A stretch of DNA of 64,000 bases from Thermodesulfobacteriota bacterium. GTDB lineage: Bacteria > Desulfobacterota > Desulfobacteria > Desulfobacterales > SURF-7. The DNA lies in contig JBMORA010000014.1 of the NCBI GenBank assembly GCA_049320885.1, positions 1 to 64,000 on the forward strand. Reading direction: 5' to 3'. Positions 18,484 to 26,243 of this stretch are shown here, piece by piece (positions within the stretch are counted from its first letter, which is position 1; every line of letters begins with the position of its first letter). The notes beneath the pieces are model-generated. The model saw only the letters and a list, made by a program, of their open reading frames with translations, was not told where the DNA came from and did no database searches. The position numbers and the translations under genes were made by a program.

Positions 18484-19169
18484 GGTTGCTTCTCCTTATC
18501 ATCCTCGACGGGATTCGGTGATGAAATACCCAGATACTCATCGTCATAGACGGTTAACAGGGACATGGACAGGGGCACCAGCATATCCGCCATTTTCACA
18601 AAACGAGTTGGAATGGATGCCACCAGTTGGGTTGATAGGTCATACAGTCGTTGATGAATCATATCCAGTTTTACGGTGGGATATGGCCTCCCCTGGACAA
18701 AGCCGGTCTTACCACACGTATGGCTGACATCCGCATTGGACGTGGGAATACCGTACAGACGACAGGTAATTGGTCTGAAATCGTATAGATCGCATAGCTC
18801 CGAATCGTTCAGAAGAGGGCAACGGACCCGCTCCATGGACATGGCGCCTAAAATATCCACCTCATCCTTTCCTTTTTGCAATTCATCAAAAGCGGATTTC
18901 TTGATACGATAGATTTTGCGATCCGCTCGGTTGGCTTTTTCCAGAATCTGATCCCTGGTATCGCCAGTGCATAACCGGTTAAAATGATGATTCACATACA
19001 TGGCCTCGATCAAGGAAAGATCGAATAACGCATGACAACAATCCGAGCAACCCTGCCGGCAAGCCACTTCGGCCGCATATTCCCTTTTTACGCGATCAAA
19101 GGCCTGCTCTGCGGTTGCGACAAGCGCTTCATACTCATGAAAAAACTTGCTGAAATCCCTATCTCCCAT
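18480..19169 (-). CDS. YkgJ family CxxCxxCC cysteine-cluster protein
   Basis: Motifs CRQGCSDCC, CPLL....CDLYDFRPITCRLYG and a further Cys. SD AAGGAG. Confidence 0.85.
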   Translation of the reverse strand: MGDRDFSKFFHEYEALVATAEQAFDRVKREYAAEVACRQGCSDCCHALFDLSLIEAMYVNHHFNRLCTGDTRDQILEKANRADRKIYRIKKSAFDELQKGKDEVDILGAMSMERVRCPLLNDSELCDLYDFRPITCRLYGIPTSNADVSHTCGKTGFVQGRPYPTVKLDMIHQRLYDLSTQLVASIPTRFVKMADMLVPLSMSLLTVYDDEYLGISSPNPVEDDKEKQP

Positions 19170-19190
19170 TTTCGTAGCTCCTTATTTCAT

Positions 19191-19208
19191 TTGTTTCACG
19201 TGAAACAA
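19191..19208. other. parS: parS centromere-like site (ParB binding)
   Basis: TGTTTCACGTGAAACA at 19192-19207 is an exact match to the widespread bacterial parS consensus, and extends to an 18-bp perfect palindrome. Confidence 0.9.
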
Positions 19209-19279
19209 TTCCGTGCCGTGATCGTAGCCGCCATGGATCCCCGGAAGGTGTGCCGACGGGCCTTCGGGAAGCGGCAGGG

Positions 19280-20689
19280 TCATTTTCCTATACAAAAATT
19301 GCTGAATATTCGGTCCAGTATGTCATTCTCAATTTGTACACCCAGAATTCCATCGATATGCCGGATGGCGTCTCGAAGGTCGACAGCGACAAGTTCTGGT
19401 TCCAAAGAAGACGGATCTTGCGATAAAATGGCGTTGCAGGCATCACGGCAGTTCAACAGGGCGGCGGCATGTCTCTGGTTGGGAGCAAAGGGATGGTCGG
19501 TTTCCGGTCGTTCTTTCAGACAGGCTGGCAGCATGAGACGCTTGAGCTCGTCGATCCCGGCCCCAGTCAGGGCGGAGACCCCCACCACGGGAATGGAGGA
19601 TCCAGGTGGCATGGCCAGTGGAAGCAGGGCCGGGACGAGGTCGATCTTGTTAATGACAATCACTGCTTTTTGATCCTGAAGGCTTTCCAGAAAATGTCTT
19701 TCACCATCAAAACCGAGGGGGCGCTGGGCATCCGTTACAAACAAGACCAGATCAGCCGTGGAAACCTGCTGGCGGGCACGCATGATTCCAATCTGCTCGA
19801 TGGGGTCGTTGGTGTTCTGAATGCCGGCGGTATCGGTAATGATGATGGGAATACCTTCGACCAGAAAGGAATCCTCAATGAGATCGCGCGTGGTGCCGGG
19901 TATATCGGTGACAATGGCGCGTTCCTTTTGCAGCAGCCGATTCATCAGGGATGACTTGCCGACATTGGGTGCGCCGACAATGGTGATGCGGATTCCTTCT
20001 CGAAAAAAATGATATTGATGATACTGCTGGATCAGATCCGATAAATCCGCGACAATCCGGCTGAGTTGTCGGCGCTGAGTCTGGGTCAACAGTGGGATTT
20101 CGTCGGTTTCCTCCGGAAAATCGATGATGGCTTCCGTGGTGGTTTGAAGCGCCAATAATTGATCGCGGATTTTTTCAACAGCGGAGCGAACCTGTCCCTG
20201 CATTTGAGCGGCTGCCAACTGCAAGGCGTTTTGGGAGGTCGCTGAAATCACATCGATAACGGCCTCTGCCTGGGTCAGGTCGATTCGTCCATTCAGAAAG
20301 GCGCGTTTGGTAAATTCACCTGGTTCGGCAGGTCGTATTCCGGCCTGGAGAGCGATCTCCATGATGGATTGAAGCACGCAAGGGCCGCCGTGGGCATGGA
20401 TTTCAACGACATCCTCGCGGGTATAGGTTGCCGGTGACCGCATGAACGTAATCAGGATTTCGTCTATAACCCTGACGGTTTGTGGATCAATGCAGAGTCC
20501 GTAATATAATTTGTGAGATTCAAACGGGAAAATGGTTTCGTCAAGCCCTGGCACGGGATTGCCGGCATGGTTGCGGCGACGGAATATGGACGCTCCGAAT
20601 GGAAAGGCCTTGGGCCCGGAAATACGGATAATTCCGATTCCACCGTAGCCAAAAGGAGTGGCGATGGCGCCAATGGTGGCGGTGTCCAT
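19280..20689 (-). CDS. mnmE: tRNA modification GTPase MnmE
   Basis: Motifs AEPGEFTKRAFLNGRIDL, GAPNVGKSS, GTTRD, DTAG, NKID and C-terminal FCIGK. Confidence 0.97.
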   Translation of the reverse strand: MDTATIGAIATPFGYGGIGIIRISGPKAFPFGASIFRRRNHAGNPVPGLDETIFPFESHKLYYGLCIDPQTVRVIDEILITFMRSPATYTREDVVEIHAHGGPCVLQSIMEIALQAGIRPAEPGEFTKRAFLNGRIDLTQAEAVIDVISATSQNALQLAAAQMQGQVRSAVEKIRDQLLALQTTTEAIIDFPEETDEIPLLTQTQRRQLSRIVADLSDLIQQYHQYHFFREGIRITIVGAPNVGKSSLMNRLLQKERAIVTDIPGTTRDLIEDSFLVEGIPIIITDTAGIQNTNDPIEQIGIMRARQQVSTADLVLFVTDAQRPLGFDGERHFLESLQDQKAVIVINKIDLVPALLPLAMPPGSSIPVVGVSALTGAGIDELKRLMLPACLKERPETDHPFAPNQRHAAALLNCRDACNAILSQDPSSLEPELVAVDLRDAIRHIDGILGVQIENDILDRIFSNFCIGK

Positions 20690-21781
20690 TTACTCGTTCT
20701 CGGTTCCGGTTTCATTTCGATCAGCGGCTTCGCGTTTGCGATTGGGCTGTTGTTTCGGGAAAATCATCAGTTTGCGATAATACCCCTCGCCGATGCTTTG
20801 GGTCCGCACGCCCCGGACAGTTTTCAAGGCAATGTGGACGGTACGGCGATCCTGGGCATTCATGGGCCCCACCGTTGACGGTTTCCCGGTTCGTATGGTT
20901 TTCTGGGCCATGCGCTCGGCCATTTTGATCAAATTCTCTTTGCGTTTTTCGGTATAGCCGGCTACGTCAATTTGGATGCGGATATGTTTGGTGGTGTTCT
21001 TATTGACGATTTTATCAATGAGGTATTGAATTGCTTCCAGATTTTGTCCGCGTTTGCCGATCAAAACACTGGAATTTCCACCCTCGACACGATATAAAAT
21101 TCGATCCGGCTGCTGTTCAAGGCCGATGGTAACGCCATCCGTAAGATGATCCATGATTTTTTGCAGGGCGTTGATGCCGATCTGTCCTAATTCTAAATAG
21201 TTGGGATCCTGAAGGGACTCCACGTGTGATGGAGGCGGGTCAACGGAAATGGTGATGTCGGATGTATCGGCTGCTAAGCGATCCATGGATGGATCGTCTT
21301 GTTCAAACGGCAAGGCTTCCGGAGGTTGTGCATCCGCGGCATCCGGTTGGTGGACAGGTGAAGCTACGGTTGGCGCAACCGATACGGAGGCTTTCCTTGC
21401 GGCGCCATGAGAGCCCTGGAAGCGTTTTTTGGCATATGATTTTGGGCGTTTCTCTAATGACGACTCTTTTTTGGTTTGAATGTTATCTCTTGTATTCTGA
21501 AACGCCTCGTCCACCAGGGAAATGACTTCGCGGGTGGTTGTCATGGTGGCAGAATCGGGCGGTGCGTCGGTGCCATGCTGGTTTGATGAAGATGCAGTGC
21601 CGGTATTCGGAGCGTTCAGTACTCGAATTTTGGCCTTCTTAACGCCGACGAAACCAAAAATACCGGTAGATCCATTTGAAATCACATCATATTTTAATTC
21701 GCGGGCGGAAATATGTAACTGTGAGCATGCATTTTCGATCGCATCTTTGACGGTTTTTCCTTCAAATTCCAAACCTGTCAT
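20690..21781 (-). CDS. jag: Jag/KhpB (EloR) RNA-binding protein (Jag-N, KH, R3H)
   Basis: Jag-N motif EFEGKTVKDAI, KH motif LIGKRGQNLEAIQYL and R3H motif DRRTVH. Lies between yidC and mnmE. SD GGAGG precedes ATG 21781. Confidence 0.92.
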   Translation of the reverse strand: MTGLEFEGKTVKDAIENACSQLHISARELKYDVISNGSTGIFGFVGVKKAKIRVLNAPNTGTASSSNQHGTDAPPDSATMTTTREVISLVDEAFQNTRDNIQTKKESSLEKRPKSYAKKRFQGSHGAARKASVSVAPTVASPVHQPDAADAQPPEALPFEQDDPSMDRLAADTSDITISVDPPPSHVESLQDPNYLELGQIGINALQKIMDHLTDGVTIGLEQQPDRILYRVEGGNSSVLIGKRGQNLEAIQYLIDKIVNKNTTKHIRIQIDVAGYTEKRKENLIKMAERMAQKTIRTGKPSTVGPMNAQDRRTVHIALKTVRGVRTQSIGEGYYRKLMIFPKQQPNRKREAADRNETGTENE

Positions 21782-21798
21782 GTCTATTGCCTCCATCG

Positions 21799-23484
21799 TT
21801 AAGCGTGTTTCCTTGACACATAATATTGCTGGGCGATTGACAGAACATTGTTGACAAGCCAATACAGAACCAATCCGGAAGAAAAATTGATGAAAATTAC
21901 CGTGAAAATGATCGGCATAAACATCATCATCTTGGCTTGGGTCGGATCGCCGGGTGGTGGTTGGAGTTTTTGCTGGATGAGCATGGTAGCGCCCATGATG
22001 ATTGTCAATACAGGTATACCGAAGGGGGGTTCCATCAAGGGAATGGAGATACCGTATTGGCTTAAATCGAAGAGGCGATCCGGTGCGGATAGATCGTTGA
22101 TCCACGCAAAAAACGGGGCGTGCCGCAATTCGATTGCTCCATACAGCATCTGGTACAGTGCAAAAAACACGGGAATTTGTGCGACCATGGGCAAACAGCC
22201 GCCAAGTGGATTGATTTTATAGGTTTTATACAAACCCATAACCTCCTCGTTCATCTTCTTTTTGTCATCCTTGTATTTTTCCCGGATTGCGGCCATGAGC
22301 GGTTGCAGTTTTTTCATTTCGTTCATGGACTTATAGCTTTTGTTGCCCAGCGGCCAGAACAGGATTTTGATCAGGATCGTCAGCACGATGATGGCGACGC
22401 CATAATTGGGTATGTACCGGTGGAGCTGATTCATCAGCCAGAGGCAAGGTTTGGCGATGACATCAAAAAAACCGAAATCAACGGCCTTGTCAAGATGGTA
22501 CCCGGTCTGCTGGAGAATGCTGACGCTTTTCGGCCCGAGGTAAAGATCAAAGACACTCGTCTGCTGACCGTTTGGCGGAATGTCCTGGATCGGATAGTGA
22601 TACCGGGCACCGAGAATATGACGGCTATCCAGGGAAAGGTTCATCACACCGTCGGCAGGGATTTTGGGTATGACGGCGGTGAGAAAATAGCGGTCCTGAA
22701 TGGATACCCATTGGAGCTTGCCGGTGAATTGGCTTTGGTCTTCCAGGTCTTTTACTTCAATGGTTTCGAATCGATTGTTCAGGAGGGCACCAGGTCCTTC
22801 GAATCCGTATTGGTGCGGTTTTTCTCCCCAGTGCTGCAGCATAGACAGAACAAGGTCGCCTTTCAGGGGTTGGGAACTGTTGTTGACGACGGTAACGGCC
22901 AGTTCGATTAAATAGGAGTCGGGCGAAAAGGTGTAGGCTTTCCGGATCAGAACTCCTTCCGGTGATTGCCAGGAAAACGTAATCGTCCGGGATTCTGCCG
23001 ATATGGAGATCTGGTCTTCCGGGCTGTCGGCTTGAAAAAGGGCCTTGTCGGCACCGGCCATGGAAGCGGTTTTCCAATCGAGCAGGAACGTTCCATCGGA
23101 ATTTTTCGGATCGATCAGCTCTTTCAGCGGAGAATCAGCGCCGACATGTTCCCGATAGTTGGATAATCGGCAACTGGTGACAGCGGCGCCGGTTTCGGTA
23201 ACAGCCACCGTGAACAGGGGGGTATTGATTTGAAGGACACGCGGCTCCCGCTGAAGCGTCATCGGCGTTGAAGACGCCGTGGTTGCCTCGATGATCGAAG
23301 TGGCTGCGGTTTCCTGATGGCTGCCGCTTGGCGGCAGGGCTGGCGGCGAAAGTGCGGCTTTTTCCGATTGCCGGGTTGGTGCCTGGTCCACCGGTGTTTC
23401 CGGGGTTTCAGCGAAAAACATATTCCATATCAGAAAAACAAGAAAAGATAGCACGATCGCTAACAGCATGCGGGCTTGTTCCAT
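21799..23484 (-). CDS. yidC: Membrane protein insertase YidC
   Basis: Motifs YLGPK, NYGVAII, NPLGGCLP, WINDLSAPD and GLVLYWLVNN. SD AGGAG. Confidence 0.97.
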   Translation of the reverse strand: MEQARMLLAIVLSFLVFLIWNMFFAETPETPVDQAPTRQSEKAALSPPALPPSGSHQETAATSIIEATTASSTPMTLQREPRVLQINTPLFTVAVTETGAAVTSCRLSNYREHVGADSPLKELIDPKNSDGTFLLDWKTASMAGADKALFQADSPEDQISISAESRTITFSWQSPEGVLIRKAYTFSPDSYLIELAVTVVNNSSQPLKGDLVLSMLQHWGEKPHQYGFEGPGALLNNRFETIEVKDLEDQSQFTGKLQWVSIQDRYFLTAVIPKIPADGVMNLSLDSRHILGARYHYPIQDIPPNGQQTSVFDLYLGPKSVSILQQTGYHLDKAVDFGFFDVIAKPCLWLMNQLHRYIPNYGVAIIVLTILIKILFWPLGNKSYKSMNEMKKLQPLMAAIREKYKDDKKKMNEEVMGLYKTYKINPLGGCLPMVAQIPVFFALYQMLYGAIELRHAPFFAWINDLSAPDRLFDLSQYGISIPLMEPPFGIPVLTIIMGATMLIQQKLQPPPGDPTQAKMMMFMPIIFTVIFINFSSGLVLYWLVNNVLSIAQQYYVSRKHA

Positions 23485-23636
23485 TGTCAACTCCTGGTTC
23501 CGTCCTTGTTCATTAAAGAACAAGCAGCGGTCTTGATGATGAATTGCTTGGCAAAATGTAAAAACCGGATCATAACAGGAAGCTGGGCACCCGGAATGAC
23601 GGAGTGTAGAAAATCGTCAGCCGGATATTCCGTTCA

Positions 23637-23846
23637 TCAGGGAACCGGATCGATTCCACCTGGATGAAAAGGATGACAGCGCGCTATCCGGCGAAGGCTC
23701 AACCAAGTTCCTTTGGTGGCTCCGTATCGACGGATGGCTTCATACGCGTAGTGAGAACAGGACGGATAAAAGCGACATGCAGGACCGAATATAGGAGACA
23801 GTATAATTTGATATGCCTTGATCAGGCAGAGCAGAATATAATTAAT
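23637..23846 (-). CDS. yidD: Membrane protein insertion efficiency factor YidD (absent from ORF track; non-canonical start)
   Basis: Manual translation (I)[33 protein letters not shown]...[13 protein letters not shown]. Canonical rnpA-yidD-yidC position. Confidence 0.92.
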   Translation of the reverse strand: MNYILLCLIKAYQIILSPIFGPACRFYPSCSHYAYEAIRRYGATKGTWLSLRRIARCHPFHPGGIDPVP

Positions 23847-24198
23847 GATAAAATCTCCTGGTCAGATCATCAAACAATCGGTGCAGGGAATGGCGGATAT
23901 CGATTGATTCTTTGGTTGCCGCACTGTTTTTGGCAATGATGTGTATATCTATTCCGTTGGGCAACCGCGCTTTGTTCAGGCGGAAAAATTCCCTGACTTG
24001 GCGCTTGATTTTATTTCGCGTAACAGCTGTGCCAACCTTTTTGGTGACGGTGATTCCAAGTCGCGTAATCGGTTCCCTGCCGGCGGTAACCACGGTAATA
24101 AAATCCGTGTGGTGAATCGATTTGCCGGTGGTCCTCATGCGGAGAAAATCGCTCCGTTTTCGAATCCGTTCCGTCTTTGTATAAGCCCTAGATTGCAA
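23842..24198 (-). CDS. rnpA: Ribonuclease P protein component
   Basis: RNR-type motif [31 protein letters not shown] start. Confidence 0.95.
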   Translation of the reverse strand: MQSRAYTKTERIRKRSDFLRMRTTGKSIHHTDFITVVTAGREPITRLGITVTKKVGTAVTRNKIKRQVREFFRLNKARLPNGIDIHIIAKNSAATKESIDIRHSLHRLFDDLTRRFYH

Positions 24199-24349
24199 TA
24201 AGCCAGTGATTCCCTGTGATAAGCCGTTAACCTGCCGGTCGTCGAATGTACTTTCTAAATCCAGTAATCTGTTGTGGCATCCTTTTCTTGCCGATCCTGA
24301 AATGGATTCGCATCAGCCGCCTTCCGAATGAAAGGCGCATGCCAAGATA

Positions 24350-24484
24350 CTATAGTGACAGACGTTTTCTCCCTTTTGCGCGGCGCCGGTTGATGAGCTT
24401 CCTGCCCTGTTTGGTGGACATCCGTTTTCTGAAACCGTGTGTTCTGGCGCGTTTGATTTTACTTGGCTGATAAGTTCTTTTCAT
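24350..24484 (-). CDS. rpmH: 50S ribosomal protein L34 (absent from ORF track)
   Basis: Manual translation [44 protein letters not shown]. Confidence 0.97.
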   Translation of the reverse strand: MKRTYQPSKIKRARTHGFRKRMSTKQGRKLINRRRAKGRKRLSL

Positions 24485-24672
24485 GATTCCATTCCTTTAC
24501 AATCCATGACGCCCTGCAAATCCACCGGGCCGTCTATTTTGAAATAGCCGTAAATGGGCTATCGAACGAGTCGTTGCTGCGAATCGTCTGTTTTTAATCC
24601 GCCCTACTAACCACAAAAAAGATTGAATGTCAATAAAATGTGGCAGCTATGTGGAAATATCCGCCATGCCGG

Positions 24673-26226
24673 TTATTTGGGGGTATTATCCAGAATTTCG
24701 AAAATATCGAATTCCTCCAGATGAAACCGTGGATTCGGATAGATAACGATTTGTTTGCCGAGTCGCTTTTCCAGGGAATGGATCAGGTCATTCTCCTCTC
24801 CATGAAGAAGATCCGCAATTTCGGGATTCACCCGCAGGGTGAAACGGCTGCCACGCATGTCAAGGGTTTCCCTCAGGATTTCCCGGTAAATGGTATAACA
24901 AATGGATTGCTTGGACAACAGATAGCCGTCTCCCTCGCAATAAAAACAGGGTTCGCAGAGCTGTTTGGGAATGGCTTTGCGAATCCGTTTCCGGGTCATC
25001 TGAATCAGCCCCATATCAGACATGGGCAACACATTGGTTTTGCTTTTATCTTTTTTTAGGGCTTCCTTCAGCGCGTTACAGACCTTTTCCCGATCCGTAC
25101 TTTTCACCATGTCGATAAAATCAATGATGATGATGCCGCCGAGGTTGCGCAACCGGATCTGGTAGGCGATTTCTTTAACCGCTTCCAAATTGGTTTTTAA
25201 AATGGTTTCATCGAAATTGTGTTTGCCTACATAACGGCCGGTGTTGACGTCAATGGCGACCAGGGCTTCGGTTTGCTCGATGACGATATATCCGCCGGAT
25301 TTCAGCCAAACCTTTTTCTTAAGGGCCCGGGAAATATCCACCTCCAGGTTGTAAGCATCAAAGATCGGCTCCGTGCCTTCATAATATTCCACCGAGTCCT
25401 TGAGCTGGGGCATGAATTCTTCCAGGAAATTGAGGACGGCCTGATATCCGCTGTAGGAATCGATCACCAGTTTATCGGCCTCGTCGGTCAGAAGATCGCG
25501 GACAGCCCGCAGCGTGATGGTCAGCTCCTTGTACATGATGGCGGGGGCGGATGCCGACTCATATTTTTTTTGGATTTTTTCCCATAAATTGACCAGGAAA
25601 ATCATTTCTTTGGCAAGTTTTTCCTTTTCGATGCCCTCCGCTGCTGTTCGAACAATGTATCCGTAGGGTTTCTCCCGCAGGTCGGAAACCATGTTTCGCA
25701 GCCTTGTCCGCTCCTCGTCGTCTTCGATGCGGCGGGAGATGCCGATATGATCAACCGTCGGCATCAACACCAGGAAACGTCCTGGCAGGGAAATATGGGA
25801 GGTAATCCGCGCCCCTTTGCTGCCGATGGGGGATTTGGCCACCTGGACGAGTATTTCCTGCCCCTCGAACAGCAACTCTTCGATCTGTTTTTCACGTTTA
25901 TAATAATTACCGATGGCTCCCTGGTTTTCCTCCATGGGTTGATCGCCGTCATCCTGTTCGGAACCGTTCAGAAACACGGTTTCGAATTCATTGCTGCTGT
26001 CCCCGATTACGTCATCCACATAGATGAAGGCGGCCTGGTTCAGACCAATATCCACGAAGGCGGCCTGCATGCCCGGCAACACGCGCTGAACTTTTCCTTT
26101 ATAGATGTTTCCGGCGATATTCTCGTCATCTCCCCGGTCAATAAAGAGTTCGACAATGGTGCCGTCCTCCAGCAGCGCTACCCGGGTTTCATGATCCGTT
26201 GCGTTAATGATGAGTTCCTTATACAT
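24673..26226 (-). CDS. rng: Rne/Rng family ribonuclease (RNase G-like, no long C-terminal scaffold)
   Basis: S1 motif GNIYKGKVQRVLPGMQAAFVDIG, plus IDVNTG, RLRNLGGIIIIDFIDM and CFYCEG. Confidence 0.93.
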   Translation of the reverse strand: MYKELIINATDHETRVALLEDGTIVELFIDRGDDENIAGNIYKGKVQRVLPGMQAAFVDIGLNQAAFIYVDDVIGDSSNEFETVFLNGSEQDDGDQPMEENQGAIGNYYKREKQIEELLFEGQEILVQVAKSPIGSKGARITSHISLPGRFLVLMPTVDHIGISRRIEDDEERTRLRNMVSDLREKPYGYIVRTAAEGIEKEKLAKEMIFLVNLWEKIQKKYESASAPAIMYKELTITLRAVRDLLTDEADKLVIDSYSGYQAVLNFLEEFMPQLKDSVEYYEGTEPIFDAYNLEVDISRALKKKVWLKSGGYIVIEQTEALVAIDVNTGRYVGKHNFDETILKTNLEAVKEIAYQIRLRNLGGIIIIDFIDMVKSTDREKVCNALKEALKKDKSKTNVLPMSDMGLIQMTRKRIRKAIPKQLCEPCFYCEGDGYLLSKQSICYTIYREILRETLDMRGSRFTLRVNPEIADLLHGEENDLIHSLEKRLGKQIVIYPNPRFHLEEFDIFEILDNTPK

Positions 26227-26243
26227 GGCTCCTTCAATGTGTT

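Noticed and set aside
21200..21620. Low-complexity Pro/Ala/Thr/Asp-rich stretch in jag
   Set aside because: A variable linker between Jag-N and KH is normal for this family.
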